The notes: generated by a model not told the origin, from the letters alone. Positions 21,668-31,150 are shown, numbered from the stretch's first letter. The stretch: DNA of 58,577 nt from an uncultured Mycoplasmatota bacterium (GCA_949288035.1 CASEIJ010000046.1:1-58577), one strand, 5' to 3'. Made by a program: numbers and translations.

Positions 21668-22981
21668 ATGAGAAAACCAGTTGTCGCATTACTTGGAAGA
21701 CCAAATGTCGGGAAAAGTACATTATTTAATCGTATGGTAGGAAAGAAAATTTCTATTATTGAAGATACACCAGGAGTTACTAGAGATCGTATCTATGGAA
21801 ATGTAAAATTTAAAGATTATACATTTCATTTGATCGATACTGGAGGAATTGATCTAGCAGATGAACATTTTAATGATTCGATTAAAGTACAAGCAGAATT
21901 AGCGCTCGATGAAGCAGATTTAATTTTATTTGTTGTCGATGGAAAAGAAGGTCTTACCGCCAATGATTACGCAGTAAGAGATATGTTATTAAAATCACAG
22001 AAACCGGTTATCGTTGTAATCAATAAAATGGATTCTAAATTAGCCAAAGAAAATATTTATGATTTTTACGAATTAGGTTTAGATACTTATATGCCAGTGA
22101 GTGGAGAACAAAACGAAGGTATCTATGATTTATTAGAAGAAATTACAAAAGACTTTCCTGAAATGGAAGAAGAATACGAAGATGGAATTGTTAAATTTTG
22201 TGTCATTGGAAGACCAAATGTTGGGAAAAGTAGTTTAGTAAATGCGATTGTAGGAGAAGAGCGCGTCATTGTTTCAGATGTAGCGGGAACAACCAGAGAT
22301 GCGATTGATACAAGATTTCGTTATCACGATCATGATTATGTTGTGATTGATACTGCTGGTATGAGAAAACGTGGAAAAGTATATGAAGCAGTTGAAAAAT
22401 ATAGTTTATTACGTTCTTTAAAAGCGATTGATCGAAGTGATGTATGTTTAATTGTAATCAATGCAGAAGAAGGAATTATAGAACATGATAAGCATATTGC
22501 AGGTTATGCTTTAGATGCTGGAAAAGCAGTTGTATTAGTAGTCAATAAATGGGATACAATTGATGATAAAGATTCTAAAATGAAAGAGTTTAAAGAATTA
22601 TTAAAGTATGAATTTCAATTTATGACATATGCTCCAATTGTATTCTTAAGTGCGAAAACAAAAAAAAGAATACATACTTTAATGCCAGAAATTTTAAAAG
22701 TATATGAAAATAGTAGAAGAGAAATTAAAACAAGTGTATTAAATGATGTTATTCGTGATGCCTATGCACTTAATTTGCCACCTAGTTATAAAGGTAAAAG
22801 ATTAAAAATTTATTTTTCTAACCAAGCATCAACACAACCACCAACATTTAATATCCAAGTAAACAGTAAAGGATTAATCCATTTCTCTTATGAAAGATAT
22901 TTAGAAAATAAATTACGTGAAGCATTTGATTTTGAGGGAACACCAATTATCCTACAATTTAAAAATAAAGGAGAACAATAA
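21668..22981 (+). CDS. der: ribosome biogenesis double GTPase Der/EngA
   Basis: Two GRPNVGKS G-domains (DTGG/DTAG, NKMD/NKWD) and a KH-like tail YERYLENKLR. Confidence 0.97.
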   Translation: MRKPVVALLGRPNVGKSTLFNRMVGKKISIIEDTPGVTRDRIYGNVKFKDYTFHLIDTGGIDLADEHFNDSIKVQAELALDEADLILFVVDGKEGLTANDYAVRDMLLKSQKPVIVVINKMDSKLAKENIYDFYELGLDTYMPVSGEQNEGIYDLLEEITKDFPEMEEEYEDGIVKFCVIGRPNVGKSSLVNAIVGEERVIVSDVAGTTRDAIDTRFRYHDHDYVVIDTAGMRKRGKVYEAVEKYSLLRSLKAIDRSDVCLIVINAEEGIIEHDKHIAGYALDAGKAVVLVVNKWDTIDDKDSKMKEFKELLKYEFQFMTYAPIVFLSAKTKKRIHTLMPEILKVYENSRREIKTSVLNDVIRDAYALNLPPSYKGKRLKIYFSNQASTQPPTFNIQVNSKGLIHFSYERYLENKLREAFDFEGTPIILQFKNKGEQ

Positions 22982-23047
22982 AAATTCTTTCATGTATATG
23001 AAATGTTTCAAATGTTTGGTCAATAGGACTCGTAAAGATTTATTATG

Positions 23048-23076
23048 AGAAAGTTACATGGTAGCTTTCTTTTTTT
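23048..23076 (+). terminator. intrinsic terminator downstream of der
   Basis: AGAAAGTTAC-ATG-GTAGCTTTCT plus T tract. Confidence 0.7.
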
Positions 23077-23126
23077 GAACTTCTAAAAAAGTATGACATA
23101 TACTATCATAGAAAGAGGGTAGTAGT

Positions 23127-23369
23127 TTGAAATTTACTGATAGTTTTTTTGATAAAGTGGAAAAGAAAACCAATGTAAAGAAAGATACTATTTTAGATCT
23201 TGCGAAAAAATTACAGCAAAATGATTTAAAAAATGAAGGGACGTTACGTGAAGTCATTCAAGAATTAGGAAAAATGACTGGAAAAGAAGTGTCAAAAGAG
23301 AAAGAAGATAAGATTGTAAGTGCAGTAATGAATGATAAAGTACCAAAAGACATGAATCAGTTTTTTTAA
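23127..23369 (+). CDS. spoVIF: stage VI sporulation protein F
   Basis: FFDKVEKKT.V..I..LA..LQ..DLKNE.TLR..I....GKEVSKEKEDKIV pattern; sigmaK-like AC-N16-CATATACT at 23079-23104. Confidence 0.85.
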   Translation: MKFTDSFFDKVEKKTNVKKDTILDLAKKLQQNDLKNEGTLREVIQELGKMTGKEVSKEKEDKIVSAVMNDKVPKDMNQFF

Positions 23370-23453
23370 TTGTTAATTTGTGTCAATTATGATGAAATAG
23401 CTTGCTCAACTTTTTTTTGAATGATACAATGAGTATTGTAGGAGAGTGAAGAT

Positions 23454-24098
23454 ATGGATGAAGTTGTTATATTACAAGATCAATACAACAAATTAAGAGA
23501 ACATATTTTAACAACTGCAATCGGGTTATTAAAGTCATTCTCTACATTGGAATTAGAAGAAATTACCAAAAAGATAGAGAGATGTTCTCCTGTACCCTTA
23601 CAAGAGGAAGAAAAAGAGTTTATCACTAATACGTTAATTACTCATTTTAATGATTGGTGTGTAGCTCGTAAAGAAGCGGAAGCAGAAGATGAAATAGAAA
23701 AATTAGATCGGGATAAAAAAGTACCTAAAGGTTTGACAGAAGTTGGAAAACAAAAAGTAGTACTTAATATTCAAAAGAATTTAAATCAGTTACAAGCATG
23801 TATTTATGAATTTTATGTTCCATCTAATACATCTGCTTATAATGATTTTACTTCTCGTAGTACAGAAGATATCGTCAATTATTTTATAGAACATGACCGT
23901 ATGGATTTTTTTGAAATCAATCAATTAAAAAAAGATATTTCAATGTTGTTAGATCAGTATTTAACGAATTTTGATGATTCTTATCACCAAATTTATAGTC
24001 AGTACTTTTTTAAATTAGATATGGGAATTCAGAAATATTTAAATCGTGAAAAGAAAAGTCCCAAAACTGAAAAAAAGAAAGTGAAAGTCAGTCGATAA
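23454..24098 (+). CDS. hypothetical protein
   Basis: AGGAG RBS, extended -10 TGATACAAT, own terminator at ~24085-24112; no motif. Confidence 0.6.
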   Translation: MDEVVILQDQYNKLREHILTTAIGLLKSFSTLELEEITKKIERCSPVPLQEEEKEFITNTLITHFNDWCVARKEAEAEDEIEKLDRDKKVPKGLTEVGKQKVVLNIQKNLNQLQACIYEFYVPSNTSAYNDFTSRSTEDIVNYFIEHDRMDFFEINQLKKDISMLLDQYLTNFDDSYHQIYSQYFFKLDMGIQKYLNREKKSPKTEKKKVKVSR

Positions 24099-24114
24099 AA
24101 TACTGGCTTTTTCT

Positions 24115-24142
24115 TTGCAAACAAAAATATTTATGATATGAT
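24115..24142 (+). promoter_or_regulatory. sigmaA-type promoter of the first fibre-locus operon
   Basis: TTGCAA-N16-TATGAT with TGn extension. Confidence 0.55.
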
Positions 24143-24159
24143 TATAATGGTGATAGTAG

Positions 24160-24669
24160 ATGAAAATCTTGAAGTATATTTTTCTTATTTGTTATATGTT
24201 GTTGGTATTCGCTACTACTTTTTTCTTGTTTACTTTTAATCAATTTTCTAGTAGTCAAATCGGTGATGTAACCATTATGGGACTTAAAAAAGATGTTGGT
24301 TCTTTTAATAAGGGAGATTTATTAATTGCTGTAAAAAAGAAAGAGCAAGTAAAAAAGAACGATGAAATTATCTATTACAATACAAAACAAGGGAAACATG
24401 AAGTTACTTTGGAACGTGTTGAAGATGTGATGAAAACAAATAAGAATGAGTATACTTATGTGATTCAAGATGGACTTTTTCTATCAAGTGAATATTTAAT
24501 TGGAGAAGTAAATCATATTACGGCAATACCTTTCTTAGGATATTGTTATCTATTATTTACAAGTAAGATTGGATATCCTGTGTTAATTATACTTCCTATT
24601 ACCATTGCGTTTATCTTTTTTATAAGAAAATATAGAGGAACCATGAAACATGAGAAAAATAAGAATTAA
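24160..24669 (+). CDS. SipW-like (S26B-fold) membrane protein lacking catalytic residues
   Basis: N-terminal TM, GDLLI, D.IIY, C-terminal IPFLGY + TM as in SipW; no SGSM serine and HRV replaced by ERV. Confidence 0.6.
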   Translation: MKILKYIFLICYMLLVFATTFFLFTFNQFSSSQIGDVTIMGLKKDVGSFNKGDLLIAVKKKEQVKKNDEIIYYNTKQGKHEVTLERVEDVMKTNKNEYTYVIQDGLFLSSEYLIGEVNHITAIPFLGYCYLLFTSKIGYPVLIILPITIAFIFFIRKYRGTMKHEKNKN

Positions 24670-25579
24670 GAAATTAACCCGATTTCAACGTCGTGTTTTT
24701 CTTATTGTTGGTATTTGTGTTTTTTTAACCATTGGTTTTACTTTAGGAAGATATGTTTATCACAAAGTGTTAGACTTTTATTTCAGAACACAAAACTTTT
24801 ATTTTGAAAGTGATAAATTAACTGCAGATGGTGCTTATTATTCTTTGGATTATTGGAATGGGGTTGACCCATATCAAATTGTTGTCAATGTAAATAGTTT
24901 TAAAAATAGTGAGTTAAAAAGTAATAGTGATATTGAATATGAAGTGAGTTTGAATTGTTCTGATACGATTATTTGTAGTAGTACCAAAGAAAAGGGAACT
25001 ATCTACCATGATTCAAATACAGATTATTTCATTGTTACATTGACACCGAATCAAGCATTTAAAGATGGTGATAGTGTTGTTGCGGAAATTATCGCGACTT
25101 CTACCAGTCCTTATCAGAAAAAACTATCTGCTCAATTTAAATTAGTAGTTGGGACTTATGGTTTAAGTCATGAGATTACCGACCATGAAAACGATGTTTA
25201 TTTAGAAGTAAAAATTACGAATACATTACTTACTTATACAGTCAAAGAAGCATTTGGTAGTTATCAAGTAGGTGCTCAATTATCTATTTCAGAATATAAT
25301 GCCCTGAGTGATGAAGATAAAAAGAAATGTGTATCTGCAAGTATTACTTTAGAGTTTGATCCCAATGTTGTCTATATAAATAATAACAGTACAACGTTTT
25401 TACAGGCATATCAAATTAAAACAGAAAAATTAAATGGTTATGATTATGTCAATCAATTTACATTTGATATGGAAGCATCTAGTAGTAGTGTTGTAAAATT
25501 CTATAAAAAAGATGCATCAAAAGATTATTCTAGTAATGGAGATTCTGATGGTGTTGTAAAAGTACATTATGATTATTAG
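24650..25579 (+). CDS. secreted beta-rich protein with SipW-class signal peptide (TasA/camelysin-like)
   Basis: Basic N-terminus + hydrophobic helix + GFTLG|RY; beta-strand-rich body. Confidence 0.6.
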   Translation: MRKIRIKKLTRFQRRVFLIVGICVFLTIGFTLGRYVYHKVLDFYFRTQNFYFESDKLTADGAYYSLDYWNGVDPYQIVVNVNSFKNSELKSNSDIEYEVSLNCSDTIICSSTKEKGTIYHDSNTDYFIVTLTPNQAFKDGDSVVAEIIATSTSPYQKKLSAQFKLVVGTYGLSHEITDHENDVYLEVKITNTLLTYTVKEAFGSYQVGAQLSISEYNALSDEDKKKCVSASITLEFDPNVVYINNNSTTFLQAYQIKTEKLNGYDYVNQFTFDMEASSSSVVKFYKKDASKDYSSNGDSDGVVKVHYDY

Positions 25580-25590
25580 GAGTTGGTTAG

Positions 25591-26571
25591 ATGAGTTGCA
25601 ATATTGTACAAGAATATGTCTCATTTTCACAAAAAGCAATTAAAAAGTATTTACAATCTATTTTGGGTCATTATTTTGATCAAGATATTTACGATGATTT
25701 GATTAATGCTTATGTAAATACACGCTATTATAATTTATATCCTGAAGTACATACACGATTTGAGGCAAATATTGTTTATTATTTGAAAAAAGCATTAGCT
25801 GGAGTCAAAGATGATAAAAGATATCAAAAGAAAGCAAAATATATGTTTTCTATGTTTAAATATATTTTGTATTTTGATCATGTTTGTGAATGTGATTCTG
25901 TCCGTACTTTAATTTCCGAGATTGCGAAATATCGAACAGAAGAGTTAGGAATTGAAGATGATCAATTTGAAGTAAACTTTTATCACCAATTAAAAGATGA
26001 TTTAACTGCAAAAGAAGAATTTATCGATAAGTTTCAAGATAAGAACTTTAGTATCAACTATGTAAAAGTAAATCAAAATCAAATTTTTGATTGTCAGTTA
26101 GAACATCATTTGAAGTTTTCTAAATTATATAGTGAATATGCCATTACAAAAGTATTTAATAATAAAGATATGCAGGAACAGAAATTGTTTGTGACATATT
26201 CTTTGGTTGGTGTCAAAATATTACAAGATATTATTAAAGGGATTTTTCACAAATGTTATTTAGTGGATTATAAATTAGAGTTAAAAGATAAACAGAAGAA
26301 GAAAAAAAGATTATTGACGATGATTGATAATGATATTACAAAAGAAAAGTTAGCTTTAAAGATATTGTGGAAAGATTATGTAACAGCGAAAGAAGAGGTA
26401 TATGAATTAACGAGAAATGGATTTCATGTTGCTATTGTATTGGATGATTCTTTCTTATTAAATGATGAGACAATGGTATTATTGAAAATATTTACTTATG
26501 TGATTACTAATCACAATGAAATGTTTGAAAAATTAAAAGGGCAATTCGATGTGTTATATATACCAAGTTAG
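25591..26571 (+). CDS. cytoplasmic protein with a degenerate EAL-like C-terminal region
   Basis: KLALKI...LTRNGFHVAIVLDDSF echoes EAL RLxLEI...LRxLGxxIAxDDFG; no EAL motif. Confidence 0.4.
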   Translation: MSCNIVQEYVSFSQKAIKKYLQSILGHYFDQDIYDDLINAYVNTRYYNLYPEVHTRFEANIVYYLKKALAGVKDDKRYQKKAKYMFSMFKYILYFDHVCECDSVRTLISEIAKYRTEELGIEDDQFEVNFYHQLKDDLTAKEEFIDKFQDKNFSINYVKVNQNQIFDCQLEHHLKFSKLYSEYAITKVFNNKDMQEQKLFVTYSLVGVKILQDIIKGIFHKCYLVDYKLELKDKQKKKKRLLTMIDNDITKEKLALKILWKDYVTAKEEVYELTRNGFHVAIVLDDSFLLNDETMVLLKIFTYVITNHNEMFEKLKGQFDVLYIPS

Positions 26572-26582
26572 AAGGTGGATGA

Positions 26583-28106
26583 ATGGATACAGTATTTCGA
26601 TTTTTATATGAGTTTTTAAGTCAGTTTTTTGGAAGTATATTAACTGTTTTAATTGCTTGTGTACAAGGTTTAAAACAGATGTTTGATTGGAAAGCTTATC
26701 TTCGTATCTTAGATTTTTATAAAGATGATTTTAATGGCCCAGAATGGTTATTTGTAGCGTTAGTAATTATCTTTTTAGTCTTAATCGTTGTTGGCTTTGT
26801 CCTTTTAATCGTCTTTTTGATTCGCAAGTATATTCGCTTCCGTAAAACACTCGTAGAACAAGAAGAATTATTAAACGAGGTGGCAAAATTAAATGATGAA
26901 GTATCTAGTTTGGTCAAAGAAAAAGAAGATATTCTAGCTATGAAAGTATCTCACTTAGGATTGAAACCAAATGAAACAGATACGGAAGGAGTAGAAGAGA
27001 AACAAGAAGAAAATGTCAGTGCCGATGGTATTCGTTTTGCGAAATTAAATGAAGTAGATTTATTGTATGCGAATTATGCGGTTAAGAATTACAATGATAG
27101 TTTCTCATTACCGGAATTAGTAGAACTATTTCGTAATTTTGCAGCGAGTCAATTAAAATTATATTATAAGACAGAAATGATTCGAATATTTATATCAGCA
27201 CTTGCTTCTACGAAGTTAATTATCTTACAAGGTATTTCTGGTACCGGTAAAACTTCCTTAGCTTATGCTTGGGGAAAATTCTTAAAACATGATTCTTGTA
27301 TTGCCTCTGTACAACCATCATGGCGTGATCGTACTGAGTTATTTGGTTACTTTAACGAATTTACGAAGAAGTTTAACGAAACAGAAGTGTTAAAAACGAT
27401 TTATGAAGCAGGATATACAGATGATGTTTATACTGTTATCCTCGATGAAATGAATATCGCCAGAGTAGAGTATTACTTTGCTGAAATGTTATCTATTTTG
27501 GAAATGCCAAATAAAGATGAATGGGTTGTAGAACTCGTATCTAGTAGTTGGCCAAATGATCCAAAAAAATTAATTGACGGAAAATTAAAAATCAGTCCAA
27601 ATACATGGTATATTGGTACTATCAATAACGATGACTCAACATTTATGGTAACAGATAAAGTATATGACCGTGCTATGCCAATTGATATCAATGATAAAGG
27701 GGAAGTTTTTGAACCGATTGATACACCGGCCCAAGATGTCAATTACTCTTATTTAGATCGTTTATTTCAAGATGCTATGGAACAAAATCCAATGAGTGAT
27801 GAAGTACTAAGAAAAATAGAAGAAATGGATAATTATGTGATTAAACATTTCCGTATTGCTTTTGGTAACCGTATTGTTGCTCATATGAAGAAGTTTGTAC
27901 CTGTTTACGTAGCTTGTGGTGGTGATGAAGTAAGTGGAGTAGACTACTTTATTGCCAAGAAAATTTTACGTAAATTCGAACAATTAAACGTTTCATATAT
28001 CCGTGATGAAATCGATGGTTTTGTCGAATTTTTAGACAATACATTTGGTAAAGGAAAAATGAAAGAGTGTGAAGAATACGTTCTTAGATTGAAAAAATTA
28101 ACATAG
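26583..28106 (+). CDS. membrane-anchored McrB-family AAA+ NTPase
   Basis: N-terminal TM + coiled coil; GISGTGKT Walker A, ILDEMN Walker B followed by ARVEYYF, GTINNDD McrB-type NxxD signature, KVYDRA. Confidence 0.85.
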   Translation: MDTVFRFLYEFLSQFFGSILTVLIACVQGLKQMFDWKAYLRILDFYKDDFNGPEWLFVALVIIFLVLIVVGFVLLIVFLIRKYIRFRKTLVEQEELLNEVAKLNDEVSSLVKEKEDILAMKVSHLGLKPNETDTEGVEEKQEENVSADGIRFAKLNEVDLLYANYAVKNYNDSFSLPELVELFRNFAASQLKLYYKTEMIRIFISALASTKLIILQGISGTGKTSLAYAWGKFLKHDSCIASVQPSWRDRTELFGYFNEFTKKFNETEVLKTIYEAGYTDDVYTVILDEMNIARVEYYFAEMLSILEMPNKDEWVVELVSSSWPNDPKKLIDGKLKISPNTWYIGTINNDDSTFMVTDKVYDRAMPIDINDKGEVFEPIDTPAQDVNYSYLDRLFQDAMEQNPMSDEVLRKIEEMDNYVIKHFRIAFGNRIVAHMKKFVPVYVACGGDEVSGVDYFIAKKILRKFEQLNVSYIRDEIDGFVEFLDNTFGKGKMKECEEYVLRLKKLT

Positions 28107-28118
28107 TAGGTGAGAAAA

Positions 28119-29255
28119 ATGGAAGACATTGTAAATTTATATAATCGTACTTCGCCAAGTCAGAAAGAACAATTCCAAAAAAATTTAGTTTCTAATTTGC
28201 ACGTTAAAGAAAAATCAAATTCTTCAACTTATGATGATACTTGGTTAGTAAAAATGGAAGAAACAATTCGTTATTTAGATAATATCTTGAGAAACCCAAA
28301 TCGTTTTATTGTCAATGAAGAAGAGATTGTAAAAATTGAATTAGCGCGTCGTATTACCGTTGATAGTATTAAACACTTATCTAGAAATACCAATTTAATT
28401 CAAGATTACAATCAAAAAACAGGAGAAGTACGTCCTTCTAAGATTTTAAATATTAATAAAGAAGAGACCTTTAATACTTATGAGAATCGTTTTATTTATA
28501 CTTTGATTAATAATATGAAGTTATATATTGAACGTAAGAAGAAAGAAGATATTGCTGATAACCAGTTAAATGAATATAAGAACTTTACTTATCAAGGAAA
28601 AGGTAAGATGAATGACGAGACGGTAGAACTATCACTACAATTGACGGGAAAAAAAGAAAAGGGAAAAGAAAAAAATCAAGTAGATTCTATCCCCAATCGT
28701 ATTGCGAAAGTAGAGGAAAGAATCCGTGATTTATGTTCTTCTGATGTATATAAAAGTATTGCTAAATTGCATGTCGCACCGGTTACTTCACCGATTAAAA
28801 AAACCAATTTAATTTTAAAAAATGTGAACTTTCAATACGCATTAGATTTGTGGAATTTTATGCAGATGAATATGGAACCAAGTGTGAAGAGTAATCATAC
28901 CAATAAGGACTATCAAGATCAAGGGAAATTAAAAGAGATGATGGATCAATCATTCTTATTGAATTGTCTGATTATGAATACTATGAATCAACCGGAAGTC
29001 ACAAAAGAAGAACAGGAAAGTTTACAGGAAGAAGTTGTCAATCAATCTGTGAATCAGCTGATGAATATCAGTGACCAATTATCATTAGAAGAACTGATGA
29101 AATTAGTTGGTGATCAATATGTGAAAGTAAAATATAAGAAAGTATTAGATACCAGTGAAATAGAGCGCATTTATAAAAAAGCAATCCGTGAATATATGGA
29201 TAAAATAGAACATTTGAAGGTGAGAAAAAATGAAAGTGATCAAGAAGATATTTGA
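28119..29255 (+). CDS. DUF2357 (McrC N-terminal-like) protein with no recognisable nuclease domain
   Basis: TFNTYENRFIYTL and KKTNLILKNVNFQ..LDLW motifs; directly follows the McrB-like gene; helical C-terminus with no PD-(D/E)xK pattern. Confidence 0.7.
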   Translation: MEDIVNLYNRTSPSQKEQFQKNLVSNLHVKEKSNSSTYDDTWLVKMEETIRYLDNILRNPNRFIVNEEEIVKIELARRITVDSIKHLSRNTNLIQDYNQKTGEVRPSKILNINKEETFNTYENRFIYTLINNMKLYIERKKKEDIADNQLNEYKNFTYQGKGKMNDETVELSLQLTGKKEKGKEKNQVDSIPNRIAKVEERIRDLCSSDVYKSIAKLHVAPVTSPIKKTNLILKNVNFQYALDLWNFMQMNMEPSVKSNHTNKDYQDQGKLKEMMDQSFLLNCLIMNTMNQPEVTKEEQESLQEEVVNQSVNQLMNISDQLSLEELMKLVGDQYVKVKYKKVLDTSEIERIYKKAIREYMDKIEHLKVRKNESDQEDI

Positions 29256-29811
29256 TAATCCAATTGTCCGTTTTTTAGTAGGATTGGTAAAAGTAGTTAT
29301 ATGGGTGTGTGTGATTCTGATTGTTTTATTAATTGCACTTCAACGACTATTTAATAACCAAGTAAGTTTAGGTAGTTATCGTATGTTTACAGTAGTAACA
29401 GGAAGTATGTTACCTGAATATCAAATATACGATGTAATCGTTGTAAAAGAAGAAGATCCAAAAGAGATTGAAGTAGGGGATGATGTTGCCTACTTAGGAG
29501 AAAAGGATGATTATAAAGATAAAATTATTACCCATAGAGTCATTCAAAAACGTGAAGAAAATGGAACTTATTATTTTACAACACAAGGAATTGCGAACCA
29601 AGTAGCAGATCCAGAAATCCGTTCTGACCAACTATACGGAACTGTTTCTTATCGACCAAAAGTATTAAGTTGGTTTAGTCATATTTTAAATAATTCTTAT
29701 GGTTTATATTTCTTAATTATTGTACCAATCGCATTTTTAATACTATTAGAAATTTTAGATTATATCAATCGTAAAGAAAGTGAACTAGAAGAAGATGGCC
29801 AAGAAGAATAA
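29230..29811 (+). CDS. sipW: signal peptidase I, SipW/ER-type
   Basis: VVTGSMLP (Ser), IITHRV (His), TQGxAN..D; N- and C-terminal TMs. Confidence 0.88.
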   Translation: MKVIKKIFDNPIVRFLVGLVKVVIWVCVILIVLLIALQRLFNNQVSLGSYRMFTVVTGSMLPEYQIYDVIVVKEEDPKEIEVGDDVAYLGEKDDYKDKIITHRVIQKREENGTYYFTTQGIANQVADPEIRSDQLYGTVSYRPKVLSWFSHILNNSYGLYFLIIVPIAFLILLEILDYINRKESELEEDGQEE

Positions 29812-30397
29812 AATCAAAAAGATAAAACGTAAAGTTCGTCGTAGTACACTCTTTTTCTTGATTTTTGCCTTTATGGCAAATGCGTTTGCTTGGTTTATAT
29901 ATAGTAATAAAGTTTCTAATCAGCTTACAACAGGTGTTAAATCATGGAAAATAACCTTTGAACAAGATGGAAATGATCTTACAGATAATGTATTTTTTGA
30001 AATCGATTCTATTTATCCTGGAATGGAACCATTTCAAGAGTCCATTGAAATTAAAAACTCTGGAGAACTTCCTGCATATATTACCTATACTGTGAAATCA
30101 GTAAAAATATTAGATGAGACTTATACAGATGAAGATTATACCAGTGATAAATTATTGGAAATACTACGTACTCGTTATCCTTTTCAAGTTACATTTACAA
30201 TCGATCAACCTGAAATTCCAGTCGGGACAGTTGGAACATTTTCTGTTCATCTCGATTGGCCATATGAGTCAGGAAACGATGAATTAGATACTTACTGGGG
30301 TAAGAAATCTTATCAATATCAACAAGATTACCCTGATGAAAAACAAATCCAAATCAATGTTAAATTAGTTGCTAGTCAAAAAAAACCACAAAATTAA
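29795..30397 (+). CDS. TasA/camelysin-like protein with SipW-class signal peptide
   Basis: Lys/Arg-rich N-terminus, AFA|WF, IYPG..IEIKNSG, LDWPY..D.LDT. Confidence 0.75.
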   Translation: MAKKNKIKKIKRKVRRSTLFFLIFAFMANAFAWFIYSNKVSNQLTTGVKSWKITFEQDGNDLTDNVFFEIDSIYPGMEPFQESIEIKNSGELPAYITYTVKSVKILDETYTDEDYTSDKLLEILRTRYPFQVTFTIDQPEIPVGTVGTFSVHLDWPYESGNDELDTYWGKKSYQYQQDYPDEKQIQINVKLVASQKKPQN

Positions 30398-30407
30398 TTG
30401 TGGTTTT
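30382..30407. terminator. bidirectional terminator between convergent subunit genes
   Basis: AAAACCACAA-AATTAA-TTGTGGTTTT. Confidence 0.75.
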
Positions 30408-31002
30408 ATTGTGCAACTTGGGTAAATGATAAATTTACTTTTAACTTCGCATTCTGTCCTTGGATAGAAGCATTGGTATCACTGGCATTATCCATTGTTT
30501 CTCCAGCTCCATCAATCCATTCAAAATAAACACGAATCTTATTTAACTTGGTTGGATTATTGTAATAAATCGTATCGTGAATATTATTTAATTCATCATT
30601 GACAGGAATGAGTGTTCCATCATTGATTTGATAACCTGTAATTTTTAAATCTTTGACTGAACTATTTTCCGAATTCATGATCGAAATATTGTATTGAAAA
30701 GACACTTCAGTATTACTAGAATCAATCATCAAATCAAAATAACCTTTTCTTCCTGGAGCAATGACTCCATCTTTCATATGTTCATTGGCAATATAAACAG
30801 GAGTAATTAAAGATGACATAGTTGCAGCTTCTGTAATATCTTGATCATTGACTAAAATTTTCCACTGAGCTACTTGAAAGTCTGTATCTCCTTCTTTGCT
30901 ATCTAAATACTTCGCATATGTCTGTTGGATTTGTGTGATACAAATGACTAAAGCACAAATCGCAATCACTAATTTCCATTTTTTTACTCGAATCAGATGC
31001 AT
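30406..31002 (-). CDS. TasA/camelysin-like protein with SipW-class signal peptide (opposite strand)
   Basis: TYA|KY, WKILVN, IAPG..G.F.L.ID...TEVSFQY, FEW..D..DT. Confidence 0.75.
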   Translation of the reverse strand: MHLIRVKKWKLVIAICALVICITQIQQTYAKYLDSKEGDTDFQVAQWKILVNDQDITEAATMSSLITPVYIANEHMKDGVIAPGRKGYFDLMIDSSNTEVSFQYNISIMNSENSSVKDLKITGYQINDGTLIPVNDELNNIHDTIYYNNPTKLNKIRVYFEWIDGAGETMDNASDTNASIQGQNAKLKVNLSFTQVAQ

Positions 31003-31121
31003 CACCCCTTTTTCTCTAATTTCATTATATCATCTGCACTGTCAAACGAGTGTAGGATGTGTCAAAAAAAAGAATAGGTAGTGTCAATAGTTGTAAAGTT
31101 TATAATTCTTTGAGGAATCGA

Positions 31122-31150
31122 TTGCGATAAAAAAACAGTTATGATAAAAT
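31122..31150 (+). promoter_or_regulatory. sigmaA-type promoter
   Basis: TTGCGA-N17-TAAAAT with TATGATAAAAT extended -10, nearly identical to the one at 44368-44397. Confidence 0.55.

Noticed and set aside
22985-23076. Purine or c-di-GMP riboswitch
   Set aside because: CGTAAA and TATA fragments are present, but the GTTTCTAC junction, proper P2/P3 stems and GEMM motifs are missing.
26583-29255. Classical McrBC type IV restriction system
   Set aside because: No DNA-binding N-terminal domain (a TM instead), no visible PD-(D/E)xK nuclease, and the operon context is secretion rather than defence. Kept only as an alternative hypothesis.
30380-31100. Invertible (phase-variable) cassette explaining the single reverse-strand subunit gene
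   Set aside because: No flanking inverted repeats or recombinase found; the gene has its own extended -10 and shares a normal bidirectional terminator.
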